A stretch of DNA of 64,000 nt from Vitrella brassicaformis CCMP3155 (lineage: Eukaryota; Protista; Chromerida), in NCBI GenBank assembly GCA_001179505.1, contig CDMY01000488.1:124001-188000 (forward strand). Reading direction: 5' to 3'. Positions within the stretch are counted from its first letter, which is position 1. Each line of letters opens with the position of its first letter. Positions 22,957 to 35,553 of the stretch are shown here, one piece after another. The notes below the pieces were generated by a model. It was not told the origin of the DNA and searched no databases. It worked only from the letters and a program-made list of their open reading frames with translations. A program made the translations under genes and the position numbers.

Positions 22957-24971
22957 ATGGCGCTTGCCAGCCAGTGTCCTGACCCTCCCGCCCTGCAGCC
23001 GTCATCGAGTAGAGACACCAATGCGGGGTCTTCGTCAGGTGCCCGCGGCTCCGGACACGTCATCCTGTTCTCGGCCTCGGCGCTGCACCACTGGAATCTC
23101 GCGACAGAGGAGCTCAACTCTCGGAGCAGCCGCACGACGGCCGCCGGACCCACGAGCAACTTCTCCATGCCGACCAAGAGCACTGTGAGGGCGAGGGAGC
23201 ACTTCAGCGTGGCTGAGAAGACCATCCACTTCAGGAGGAACCGAAGACAGGACAACACCTGGCGGCCTGGCACGGGTGGCAACGGCAGCGGCAATGGCAA
23301 TGGCAACCAGCACCCGCCCTCCACCGACCTGCTGCTCTACCCCCGTGTGCACAGCAGCTTCCCGGTGCTGTGCTGGTCGTGCGGCGAGTGTGCGGCCTGC
23401 ATGGACGACGGCGGGCAGTGGCGGGGGCGACTCAACTGCGAAAACCGCCGACTGTACGCGAATTCGCTGGTGGAGGCGGCCGTGTTTCCGGTGGAGCCGA
23501 ATGGGCTGGGGAGGGCGCACGTGTACAGAGCTGTGTGCCTCTGTGGACACTCATGTGGTAAGTGAGAGAGAGAGGGAGAGACACACACAGAGACACACAC
23601 ACACACACCGGGGTGGAAAGATGAGATGAGACGAGACGACAATGGTTGGGTGGGTGTTCGGTTGGTTCAGACGACAGTTCGTTCTTCGGTCACCTCGCGA
23701 GGCACCACTGCCACCACGACAGACACAACGTCACCCACATGGGTACGCACACACACAGGCCACGCCATCCGTTGTCTGCCTTCATCTCCGCACCGTGTCT
23801 GGTGTCTGTGTGTGCAGGTCTGCTGCAGTCTCGCGCAGGCTGCGGGATGGACTGCGAGGGCCAGGCTGGTAGTGCGGCGGATGCCGTGGCGGCGTTGAGT
23901 GACAAGGCCCGGTGTTTGCTGATAGAGCCATACCACCCCGCCATCCCATACACCACACACCCCGGTACGTCACCCTACCCTGCACCACAGACAGACAGAT
24001 GCCAATGGTTGGCTCTCATCTTTCTGCCTTTCCTGCATCAGACCATGACTTGGTGCTGGAGCCTGCCACTTACCAGGAGATCGTCTTCGTGCCCGACAGC
24101 ACCCTCGCCACCGACCTGCCCCCCCTCCCCCTCCTGCCAGGCCTCTCACAGTCGCCCAAGGCCTCGCACAGTGCCAAGCCTTCCGTCCTGCTCTCACCAC
24201 GCACGCCAGCCTCCCCTCCCCTGTCCACCGTCAGCGCACCTTCCCGACTCGCACGCACAGGCGTCCGCAACAGGACAGCCACAGCCCCGCAGCCCAGCGG
24301 TGTGGCCGACGTGATGGTGCCGAGGCCTCCACTGACGGAGTTTCAGCTGCGGTTGCGCGAGCTGCCGGGGAAGGAGGGCGGCCCAGCCAGTGCCGCTGCT
24401 TGTGCTGCCGAGGCGGAGCCTTGCGAGGAGCACATCAGGAAGAGAGCCCGCACGTGCAATGGTGACGGGGAGGCGTCGGTGTCGGAGGACAACGCGGGGG
24501 AGGTGACCCCTGGCCCTGCTGAGGTCGACAACATGGTCCTGCTGCCCTGGTACGGAGGGACGGTGGGACACAATGGCACACCTCACAGACAGTACAGTGG
24601 GACACGATACACCACTTCTCGCGATACACCCCACAAGCATGACGCCTCTTGCAATCAATCGTGTCTCTCTCGTGTCGTGTGTGTATGGTATGGTCAGGAT
24701 CCACGCAATGATGGACCTGAACCGCCAGCTGCGTGCCGAGGGTACGGTGTCCCACTCAGCTCCCCTCCCTCCCATGCCCATGGCTTCGCCATCCGCGGAT
24801 ACCGGCACTCCAGCAATGCCCCCGTTCCTGCCGTTGGCTGACCAGGACATGACAGCGCCTTCGATGCAGCTGGACGGGGGCCCGTGTGAGGCGGCTGGGG
24901 GGCTGCCGAATGAGAGCGCACCGGTGGACGAGGGGTCGCCATGGGACTTTCTCCTTGGGGGGTCGATGTGA
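22957..24971 (+). CDS. Uncharacterised Cys/His-rich protein (putative zinc-binding) with disordered C-terminus
   Basis: ATG at 22957. Exon 1 ends CWSCGECAACMDDGG..CENRR..CLCGHSC; next exons SSFFGHLARHHCHH and GLLQSRAGCGMDC; last exon ends GSPWDFLLGGSM* at 24971. Confidence 0.65.
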
Positions 24972-25180
24972 TGTGATCTAATCAATCAACGGGGTGGTGT
25001 GGTGTGGTGGATGGCAGTGAATGTGTGAAAACAGTGACATGACATGGGATGACATGACATGCGTGACCTGACTGGCTCGGCTCTGCTCTGCGTGTTGGTG
25101 GTCCGATTTTTGTCAGTGAGTGAGAGCTCTTTTCATGCGTCCATCCATGCGTCGGTCGCTTCAACCCCCCCCCCCCCCCC

Positions 25181-25480
25181 NNNNNNNNNNNNNNNNNNNN
25201 NNNNNNNNNNNNNNNNNNNNNNNNNNNNNNNNNNNNNNNNNNNNNNNNNNNNNNNNNNNNNNNNNNNNNNNNNNNNNNNNNNNNNNNNNNNNNNNNNNNN
25301 NNNNNNNNNNNNNNNNNNNNNNNNNNNNNNNNNNNNNNNNNNNNNNNNNNNNNNNNNNNNNNNNNNNNNNNNNNNNNNNNNNNNNNNNNNNNNNNNNNNN
25401 NNNNNNNNNNNNNNNNNNNNNNNNNNNNNNNNNNNNNNNNNNNNNNNNNNNNNNNNNNNNNNNNNNNNNNNNNNNNNNNN
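25181..25480. other. Assembly gap (300 N) flanked by poly-C
   Basis: Run of N with C homopolymers on both sides. Confidence 0.99.
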
Positions 25481-27206
25481 CCCCCCCCCCCCCCCCCACA
25501 TACCCCACCCTCCACCCCGCTCGCCTTGCCTGCCTTGTTTTCTGTGGTGGTCTGTCTGCATTGATTGACCTTTTGTCGGCCGACAAGGATGGGAAACATT
25601 GTGGATAGCCGCAGAGACAGGAGGGAGGATGATAGGGACGAAGGACGACAGCATGCGCGTCAAGGGAACGCGCATTTTTCTTGCTTCATCCATCAATGGA
25701 TGGATGGATGCATGGACCTGTGAATGTGGGAATGTGCGGTTGGTTGATTGATTGATTGCATGCCGTGTTCTGTTCGTTGTCATTGTTGGTCCTCTCGCTC
25801 GCTCGATCGCCTGTCGCGTCGCTTGTGGCTGCCCTGCCCATCAGCCAGTGATCATGCCAGGCCACGACGTATATCGCGTCACGTGCCCAGAGCGGTCGAG
25901 CGAGGGCAGAGGACTGTGTACAGTAAGTATGATGCTCTTGTGTTTCTTCCTCGGTAGTCCTACTCACACACACGGACAGGCTGTGTAACAGTAACCATTG
26001 GGGGGGAGAGGGAGAGAGAGAGAGAGAGAGGGGGGTTGCATTGGATTGTATTGGATGTGCAGAGCAGGGAACCGTCCGCAGCATGCACGCGCAGTACGTG
26101 AGGCTGTCTGTCTGGCTGCATATGTGCGTACATGCCATGCCGGGGTAGGGTGAGTGAGCCATGCTGCTGAGCGCCTTCTTTTCCAATCAACACTCACTCT
26201 ATGCCTGCCTGCCACCCGCTCACCAAATCCATGGTCACGAGCGGAATGGCACCCCTGCCTGCCTGCCTGCCTGCCTGTGTCTCTGACTGTGTTGGTCATG
26301 CATACGTGAAGCTAGATTAAGTGAGCTGTTGCTACCTGCCTGCCTCCCTGCTGTCTTATGCTGTCTGTCTGTCTGGGTTGTCTGTCAGTCAGTCATGAGA
26401 AGCTGATAATTACATGGACTAACACGTGGTGCCCACCCCTACCATACCATACACACCCTGTGCTAATTCATTCGTTCTTCACCCACCCTTTTTGGCATGT
26501 ATGTGAATTTTTCGGCTGATGATGCCGTGCCTCCCTACGATAGACTGTATATTATTTTGCTGTACGTGTTGTCTTGTGTTCAGTTGTGTTGTGTTGTGCC
26601 ACCCGGTCGTGTCGTGTGCTGTGGTGTTGTTGATAGGTGTCTGTCTCGTATCGCCCGCTGAGGTCGGTCTGCCTGTACATACACACATTGACTGCCATGC
26701 TCTCTCTCTTGTGCTGTCAAGAAGGGTGGGCAGGGCAGCCACGTGTTTTAATCCAAGGGGTGCCGGGGGAGGGTGGGTGGAAAGGGGTGGCGGAATGGTG
26801 TCACGTGTACGGCTGTATCGTATCTACTAGCTGCTTGTCTTTCCTTCCCGCTCTCCCTCCCCATCACCGTGGCGTGTCTGACGGCATCTTCTGCATCATT
26901 CGATGATGGAAGATGGCCTGAGACATGTGTTGGTGACGTGGAGGGTGAGGGGGAAAACGGATGTTTGCAATTGCGTGCGGATTGCAGATACATCACATCA
27001 TCGATGACAGCATGATGACCACAAAGCATCCGGATGCAAAAAAAGTGACCGCATCAGAGAACTACAACAATATACACACACCCTTCCGTCCTTCCCGACA
27101 CCCAACATCTAGTCTGTGACGTCACGTCTCTCTGCTCAAGTGGACAAATGCTAACCCACACACATGTCAATCCATCCATCCATCCAACCATCCGTTCATT
27201 GCGAAC

Positions 27207-28670
27207 TCATCCACCGTCCCGCAGCTGTCTCAGATAGTCGTTCATAAAGAGCTGCTTGGGGTCCAGCTCACGCTGCAGCGACCAGAAATCGTCCCATCGC
27301 GGATACAGACGACCCAGGTCATTCCCAAACATCGTGTTGATTTTGCCCCAGTGCGGCTTGGCCCCATATCGCTCGCTCAGGTCTCGCTGCACCCTCTCCG
27401 CCACATCCATGAAGACACCCCTCTTCCACGAGAGCGACAGCAGCACCGACACACACTTCCGCTGGTAGCAGGGCGACAGCCAGATGTCGTCAGCTGCCGC
27501 GTAGCGCATGTAGAGGACGGAATTCCACCGAGAGTTGAACGCAGTGGGGTGGCTGAGCAGGGCCAGCATCTCGGGGTAGACCTCCGTGCCGGCCTCGGAG
27601 GGCATGTGCATCTCGATCTCGCTGTCGATCCACGGCAGGATGGGCACCGGGAACAGCCGGAGGCTGTCATGCCACTCGAGAGTGTCGCCCTGGTCACCCG
27701 CGAGAATCACCTTAGTGGCGGCCCACATCTGGAGGTGCTCGAACCACCCCGGCACGTACGGCTGCAGCTGGTTGACCAGGGAGGTCAGCCGACGGAGTGC
27801 CGACAGGATGATCGCCTCAAGCGCATTGTGGCTGCGGACAGGCCCGTCCACGGCGTTCCATGTCGTCACGAGAACGTGGGAAGAGTTGCCACCAGGAAAT
27901 GCCGAGACCGTCACACGGCCCTCAGACGCACTCGCAATCATAGCAGGCAGCCGCGCCATGGCCTCGTCGACGTGAAGGAAGGTCTTCTGCCTCTTCATGG
28001 CGGGGGGGTTCTTGCGGCACTGCAGCGTCGCAGACGTGATGATGCCGAGAGCACCCAGCCCCACACGACCAGCAGCAAAGCAGTCGGGGTTCTCATCCTT
28101 TGAGCAGGAGATAACGGTGCCGTTGCCAATCACCATGCGCAGCTCCAAGACCGCCATGGACAGAATGGGCACGTCCAGCCCCGTGCCGCGCGTGCCGGTC
28201 GAGAGCGCACCGCCAACTGACTGTGCCGTGATGACTCCTGTGTTGGGCAGCGCCATGTTCATCTTGGTCAGGTACTTGGTCAGGTCGGTGATCTTCGCCC
28301 CAGCCTCTACCGTGACCGTTCCCGCCGCCTCATCCACGCCGAGCACCCGATCCAGCTGATCCAGCGACACCAGCGTGTCGTTAGTGTGACACAACGGGCT
28401 CCAGGAAAGCCCTGTGCCGACCGCGCGGATGGAGGCATAGCCGTCCTGCTCGTAGCGATGGCGCACATAGTCGGCGAGCTCCTCTTCGCTGTGTGGCGTC
28501 AGATAGACCAGAGGGCGGAAAGTGACTTCCCCATCCCAGTTGCTGAAGGTGCCACGCTTCTCGTCGTAGCCGTGGAGGTCTCTGACGACGAAGCGGACCA
28601 GCAGGGCGAAGAGGAGCACAGAGCCGCTCAGAACAAACCGCCAGCGAGCGAAGAGGCCAGAAGATGACAT
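27207..28670 (-). CDS. Intronless FAD-linked aldonolactone oxidoreductase (L-gulonolactone oxidase / ALO / galactonolactone dehydrogenase family) with N-terminal membrane anchor
   Basis: ATG at 28670; hydrophobic VLSGSVLLFALLVRFVV; FSNW; RAVGTGLSWS; VTVEAGAKI; QSVGGALSTGTRG; GRVGLGALGII; C-terminal IWLSPCY and YGAKPHWGK. Confidence 0.9.
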   Translation of the reverse strand: MSSSGLFARWRFVLSGSVLLFALLVRFVVRDLHGYDEKRGTFSNWDGEVTFRPLVYLTPHSEEELADYVRHRYEQDGYASIRAVGTGLSWSPLCHTNDTLVSLDQLDRVLGVDEAAGTVTVEAGAKITDLTKYLTKMNMALPNTGVITAQSVGGALSTGTRGTGLDVPILSMAVLELRMVIGNGTVISCSKDENPDCFAAGRVGLGALGIITSATLQCRKNPPAMKRQKTFLHVDEAMARLPAMIASASEGRVTVSAFPGGNSSHVLVTTWNAVDGPVRSHNALEAIILSALRRLTSLVNQLQPYVPGWFEHLQMWAATKVILAGDQGDTLEWHDSLRLFPVPILPWIDSEIEMHMPSEAGTEVYPEMLALLSHPTAFNSRWNSVLYMRYAAADDIWLSPCYQRKCVSVLLSLSWKRGVFMDVAERVQRDLSERYGAKPHWGKINTMFGNDLGRLYPRWDDFWSLQRELDPKQLFMNDYLRQLRDGG

Positions 28671-29069
28671 GTATCTCACACAAATGGTTCGGATCTCAAG
28701 TCCTGCATGCACGTCCTTCGCTCGCTTTCAACCTCTCAACGTGAGAGGAGAGAGATGGATCTGTTTGCTCTCAGCTCGCTCCTTGTGCGTAGGGTTGCCT
28801 GAAACCGGTGCCAACTCCTCAGAAACTGGGCAAAGCGTCCGTCCTCTCTGTACGCGATTGAGACGTATCGAGCAGTCCACCAAACTATTTGGCTGCCCAT
28901 TTCTTCGCTACTCACTGGATGTGAGTCACTTGGCGCTCTGACCTTGGGTGTACGTACGGCCGTCGAACCGGGTGAGTAGACGAACATCGCCGCGACGATA
29001 CACCCATTCTGGCGGCTGATTGAGGACCTAAATGTGCAACGTGGTTGCTGATGGTGTTGATCTGCGGCA

Positions 29070-30875
29070 ATGACCAAGCAGAAGAAGGGCAGCAGACAAG
29101 GCAACAAGCGCAAAAGGGATGGCAACAGGAACCAACGCTCACAGGTGTGGTGAGCGTGACAGCTAGGAATCAAGCAACAAGCATGAAGGTGCATGCTGAG
29201 ATACACTCTGTGGTGTGTGGTGTGTGGTATGGTCTGGCTGTATGTAAGGGTCAGCAGCAGGAGGGCGGATTCAGCTACTATGCCCCGCCGCTGCATAGCA
29301 ACGATGCTGCCGACGACTCGCAAGACGACAAGTAAGCTGAGATGCGCACAGCACACCACACACCGCAAGGCCGCCCACCATACCATCTGGTGTGGATCTT
29401 CCTTTCACTGTCAGCAAGAAGCCCAGGCTGTCCCTCATCCCCAACTCGGAGGTCATGAAGCAGCAAGCCCGAGGGCAGCGTTTCGGCACCGGCCCCGCCG
29501 CTAGTGCTTTCCCATCGGTGCCCTCCCCACACCAAGGAGACCGTCGCCGCATCTTCTACGATTCGCCGAGGAAGCGAATCGTCACAACGGAGGACGACCT
29601 CCGCGCGCAGCTCAGTCACCGGCCGGGGATGCGGCGCGGGGGCTCCAACGAGGGCGTGAGTGAGGCGGTGGACGGTGCGGGTGAGCGGTACGGACATATG
29701 GACATGTTGCCGGGTCAGCAGCCGTCGCCTCTCGTCAACAAGGACGGGGTGCTGCGGCACATGGGCATCTCGGAGAGGGGGCGGGACAGGCCGGCAGCAG
29801 CTTGGGCCGCGTCGTCACAGTCGAGACGCGGCAGCCATGAGTGGCCGAGCCAGGACACGCCGAGGGGGGCGTCACCCGCACAAACGACAGCGGAACCTGC
29901 CGCTCCTCCTCCCCCTGCCGAGGCCGCTTCCCTGGATGAGCAGCCCGCCGCGGCTCGTGAGGCTGACCAGCCTGACCACGTGGCTGCGCAGCCTTCCCAG
30001 GCCAGCGATGAAGACGCCGGGGGAGAGGAGGAGCAGGAGACCATGCAGGACGACGCGACGGCAGAAGAAGCAGAAGAGGATGAACAAGACGGCCCTCAGG
30101 CGGCTGATGAGGCGGCCGCTGAGGCCAGCGCTGATGAGCATGGCGCGCCATCAGGGGCCGCTGAGGAGGGCATGGATGGCCAGACGGACGGCAATGACGG
30201 TCCACTGGACCGGGATACGGCGACAGGAGAGCCGCCACGGCAACACCAGCAGGCGATGCAAAACGGCGATTCGCCCGTTGGCAAGGCTGATGATGGCTCT
30301 CGCGTGCCCGCAGGTCCGCCTGACGTCAACGGTGTGCATCACGTGACCGATGCACCCCGCCAAGGCCCGAGCGGCGACTCACCCACTTCTCTCCCCCGCC
30401 CCCCTATATTGGAGCACCGGGCGCCCTCTGCTGACAAAGGAATGGCTGAGGGCGACACCAGTCCCGCGTCGCAGCGTGACGGCGTGCTGCTATCTGTGCG
30501 TACGTCTGTGCGGGCGCCTGAGGGTGCGGTGGCGACGGTGCCTGTGGTGATGGAGTTCCAGGCCCTTAAGGGCCAGAAGATAGTGCGGCAGAGCCCCGGG
30601 ATGACGCTGGAGGCCCTTATCGAGCGGTACCTGCGGCCCCGCGTCACCACGCAACCCATCCGCGTGTTCCTGGCGCAGTCGCACCCACATGTAAGGGCGC
30701 AGGCGGACAGATGGAGGGTGCAGTGATTGTCGGCTGTGTGTGTGTGTGTGTGTGTGTACAGGTGGAGGAGGCGCTGTATTTCAGGCTAGGAGACCTTCCC
30801 CGTGTGCGCGTCGACGAGCTGGGGGGCGAGTGGGGCATCAGGCTGAAATTCGAGATAGACCCGTGGTACACATGA
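29070..30875 (+). CDS. Acidic disordered protein with the same unnamed C-terminal domain as 5318-7388
   Basis: Likely ATG at 29070 (MTKQKKGSRQGNKRKR). Exons join in frame to the 29392-30726 ORF. C-terminus is VPVVMEFQALKGQKIVRQSPGMTLEALIERYLRP..IRVFLAQSHPH | VEEALYFRLGDLP..WGIRLKFEIDPWYT*. Confidence 0.75.
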
Positions 30876-32114
30876 GGCACTGCATGGATGGTGTGTAGAG
30901 CGATAGCATTGGTTAAAAGGGTTCGTGCGTCCGGCTGGGTTGCCTGTTGGTGCGTGGGCGGTGTTTGCACACTTCGTCAGTCGGTGTGATGTGGATTAGC
31001 TTCTGTTTTGAGTGCGTGTCCGAGGCGGCTGCGTGAGTGTGAAGGTGCCAGTGTCCGTCTCAGTGGACAGATGAGTACATGATGGATCAGGTGAACGTTC
31101 ATGCCATGCAACAAATGCACGATGCGACACGACTCACGCACATGGTACATGCCCCACGTCACACATGCATCGAAAACAGCACGAGTGTCATTCGATAGAT
31201 GGCTTGACACAGAGAGCTACCATTATATATTCGGAAGCTGTAGTCGACCGCCTACTCGCTCCCCGGCTGGCACGAATGGCACACCGACCTGACCCACGGA
31301 CAGACATACCACACGAGAAAAACACGAGACAAATTTTAAAACAGCATCAAGGTGCATTCTCCTTGACGGTGCGTGTCTCGGACCCAATGCGTGTGTGTCA
31401 ATGACGGCTGGCAACAAAGATGCTTTATCTCCACACACACACACACACACACATCCAACACGTCACCTCACATGACAGGCATGATGACTTTCTCAACGTG
31501 ATGGTGTGTGGACCGGTGGTGTGTGTGTCTTTTTATACACGGCCGACCAGTGAGTGAATGGTTCTCTACCCCTGACTACATACCAGCTGGTGAGTGTGGT
31601 TGTGACGACGGTGGGTGCTTCATTATGTGAGGCGCCGTGTATCGGAACCAGCCAATCTACGTCCACGCAATGCATCTGTGTCGACACGGCAGATGTTCGC
31701 CTTGCGCTGCGACGAGTCAGGAAGCGACGTGCTCTTGGAGGAGCGTCTCGCTCTCCTGGGTTGGCGCAGCCGTAGGTGACATCTGCTGTGACGAGAGCGT
31801 GCTTCGATTGATGACCGATGGGTCGGATGGATGGATGGACCTCTCTACCTATCTGTGTGAGTAAGAGTGATTGCGGCTCAGGGCGACTAATTCACTCACA
31901 TGGCATGCAAGAGGTCGGTCAACCACCACCACCACAGACAGACGATACAATACATGGATCATCCACGAGGAGTGGCGATCGTGAGGTACAAGCCATCATC
32001 CATCAGACCGATCCACACACCAGACCTAACACACACAACGGAGCACCTACGATGCGTATCAGTGCCACACACTCTCCCCTCCGCAGGTCGCCTGCCTCAC
32101 CGTTTTTGGATGTC

Positions 32115-34070
32115 TCATTGCGCGAGTCCCCACACCTCAATCTCGCTCGCGGTGAAGAAGAAGTCGCCCGCCAAAGTGCCCTTGCCGCCCGCAACCACCC
32201 GCCCTTGGTAGCCCACTTGCAAGTGGTCCTTGCTGACGCACATGGCGCAGCTACTGAGGTCGGCTGCCGGGCCGGGGTCCGCATACCCCAGCCACAGCAC
32301 GGCTGTATCCCGCACATCAATGGCCAGCTTACCGACTGGCTCCCCATCCTTGCTCGTCACCGCTCCCTGCCGCCCAGCGACTATCACACCCCGCCTCCGC
32401 TCGACCGGCATGTTGAGCTTCGTGGGTGCGTCATATGCCCCGCTGATGCTGTAGTAGGTCACGGGGCACGAAGTGGCCTTCTCCTGTGTGGGGTCGGCGG
32501 GCTGTGCCAGGGGGCCGGCCACGAAGGCTGCGAATCGGTGTGTGTCGCTGTGCTGCACGAGGAACAGCAGACCGCTGGCGTCGCCGACACAGTCGAGGAG
32601 ACTGCCGTAGCCAAAACCGTCGCGGCTCGACCTGTCGTAAACAAAACATCCATAGCAGCGTAGCAGAGACATTCACACGTGCCTTCCTGTGCCTCCTCAC
32701 TTGTAGAGGAGAGATGGCGTCTTGCCCGTCCGCCCCGTGAACTCCACTACCGACGCCAGCTGGTCCTCCGATGTGATGATGAGGCCGCCACCCGCGCCCC
32801 ATCGGTAGAAGGGCTGGTCCTTGAGGCCGTACTGACACACACAATATCGACACAGGCCAGATAACACCCACCCACCCGAAAAGCACCCACCCAAACTCAC
32901 CATCTGCAAGTCCTCTACAAACAGCTCCCTCTCGCCGTCCTCCACTGCGGGCGGGCCGACCCTCTGGCCGGCGGCCATGACAGCCTGGCGCCTCGCAAAA
33001 TCCACAATACACTGCAGGTGCTCGGCGGACGTCTGACGCACACTGCGATCGATCCAATACGTCCTGCAGCAATAACACAGAGGAGCACACCCTGGCCACG
33101 CCCGTTGTCGTGCCTTCCCCCTGTTTCGATGCTTACGGTGAGAATCTACTGTATAGTGTGTTGTTGGGGCCGAGAGGCGACAGTGTGCGGCGCATGACCG
33201 ACACCCTGTCCCCGTGGATGGTGACGCTGAGCACCTCGTCCTCCTCGCTATCGTCCGTCTTCATGAACGGCTCCATCGCACGCAGGAACGCCGCCATGCG
33301 CTCCTTCTCCGCCTTGAGGGCCTCGTACACACGCTCGTACGCACGACGGCTCTCGTCAAACGCCTTGAACAGGTCCGCAACATCCCCCTGCCCCTGCCCC
33401 TCCCCTTCTCCCATCTGCACATCGCCACCGCCACCGCCGTTGCTGTCGTCATCACTGCTGCTGCCGACCTCGCGCGTGAAGAGGGCGTGGTACTCGGCAT
33501 ACGATGGGTCGTCGGCCTTGATGCCCGTCAGCTCGACGGTCTCCTTGCGGCCCCGCTCGACGAAGGTGAGTTCGTTAAGGAGCCAGCGGAAGTATGCCGG
33601 GCAGCTCTCGAGGTATGGGAGCTTCTCTGCGTCGCGGGGCAGGGCGGCGTCGAAGCGCAGCAGCAGTACAGACAGGTACTTGCGCACTATCGACGGACGC
33701 ATCAGTGCCGCACGGGACACCTCGAAGACGGTGCCACCGACGTTGAGAATGAGTGTGCCGCTGGTGTGCTGAGGCTCGGAAGTGCCGCCCTTCTCGCTAA
33801 TCATCTGCTGCATTTCCTCTGCTATCGCCTTGATCTTGCCCTCTGCTGCCGTCCGCGCCGCCAGAGCCCCTCGCACACTGTCCTCAAGTGCCGATTGCGC
33901 ATTGCAGACCAGCTGGTTGGCTTCGATGCGGCCAGTGGTGACGCCGTCGAGTATGGAGGAGGGAAGGGGCTGCTCGTCATCCAAGGGCACGCCGAAAGCA
34001 CCCTTTCGCTTCTTTGTGGATGCGCCGGCCGCTGCGGCCGCCGCAATTGCTGAATGAAGTGATGGGGCGC
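32115..34070 (-). CDS. BTB/POZ-like + TLDc-like domain protein (paralog 2); start codon unresolved
   Basis: LILNVGGTVFEVSRAAL..YLSVLLLRFDAALPRD..YLESCPAYFRWLL; MEPFMK..VLSVTIHG; CIVDFARRQ; LLYK|SSRDGFGYGSLLDCVGDASGLLFLVQH..FAAF..FTASEIEVW; TGA at 32115. Confidence 0.85.
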
Positions 34071-35553
34071 TGCTCAGGGAAGGTGAGAGTCTGCAGACTC
34101 ACATCCTGCGGCGGAAGCTCTTGATCGAAACTGATGGCACTCGTTTGTCTCGGCGCCAATCAGTTCCTAGACCTTGATGGAGTCAGATAGCCCCAGAGCC
34201 GGCGGGCTGATTGGGGGAATCGATTGCGAGCTTCAAGCGCACCCGGAAGGCAGATCTCGAGTAGGAAGATGAGTTCTCTCTCTTCGAACTGCCATTGCAC
34301 GCTCAACCTATGGCCATTGCACGGTCAAGCTAGGCAGTTCTTCACATGAGCTGCACCTTGGTTGTTACACGGGCACCCAGCCATCCTTCAGTCAACAACT
34401 GACTGACACGATTGAAGAAAAAAGTTAGCTCCAACCACTGGCTGGCAGCTGAGAGCTCTGGCAAAAAGGGCCCCCCACAGAGTGAATGAATGCACACAGA
34501 CAGACAGACAGACACAGGACAAGAACGAGGACAGGGCAACATGGGCAGGTAGGTGGCAGGCACTAGACAAGGGCCCTCCACACATGTATGTAATGTACAC
34601 AGACATACATGCATCACATCCACACGGACGTCGGTACGTAAGTGCCTCAGTCGGCGCTTGTCCGTGCACAAATGTGTTCTTAAGACAGACAGACAGACAG
34701 ACAGGTGGGTGGGTGGGTGGGTGAGTAGGCGAGCACAGCGTTAGGTCATCTTGCCGGTGACAGACAGTCAGTGAGTCAGGCAGTAAGTCAGTAGTGGGTG
34801 GCTGTGTGGGAGGGTGGCCCTCAAGCCACGAGCAACCAGCCCCTTTGGCTCTTCTCGGCATGACACGTCACGACACGACACCACACGACACGACATGAGC
34901 GCATTAAGAATGCCAAGTAAGCACATGTACACACACACTGCAAACTTCGTCCCTTTCCCTACCTGACCTGCCGTACCATAAACATCTCAAGCAAACGTAG
35001 CGAGCGATCCGATCCACACGGGTCCTTCCTCTCTCTCTCTGGCCCTCCCTCCCTCCCTCCCTCTCTCTGCGATTGACAGTTGCATCATCAGGCCAAACAG
35101 ACTCCACGATTGACATGCGCAGGAATGAAAGGAAGAGTGGATGATTCCTTCGATAAAGCAAACCACGGCCCACAACAGGGGGGCTGCCGCCCGATGAGAC
35201 AAAGAGACCCGGGTACGCAGGACACCCACCCACCCACATCGACACGCCGACAGACAGGAAAACAAGATAGATCAACACGACTGACTGACTGGACGGACCG
35301 TTTCCTCTTCCTTGGTCGATCTGTACGTACGTATACCTACCGACACGCATCGCTATCACTCACTCACTCATCTAGCTCACAAACAAAACAAAAAACACAC
35401 CGGAAAAACAAAGTTTAGACACCACAGCTACCTAGGGAGACTGACACACACGGACACGAACGAGTTCACGACCTACAGGCAGACAGACAGGCAAGCATGT
35501 AAGAAAGAGGCTGAGAGAGAGATTGGGCGAGGGGATGGATGATGGTCAGTCAG

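Noticed and set aside
24980-27200. Possible small gene between the Cys/His gene and the oxidoreductase
   Set aside because: I could not build a consistent spliced frame or find a recognisable motif; the region also includes a gap.
28700-28712. TGCATGCA (ApiAP2-type motif) in a divergent promoter
   Set aside because: The motif and its variants are frequent throughout introns here, so a single occurrence is uninformative.
31560-31850. Short coding-looking stretch (MFALRCDESGSDVLLEERL / DICCDESVLRL)
   Set aside because: Too short, with no supported upstream or downstream exons and no family match I can recall.
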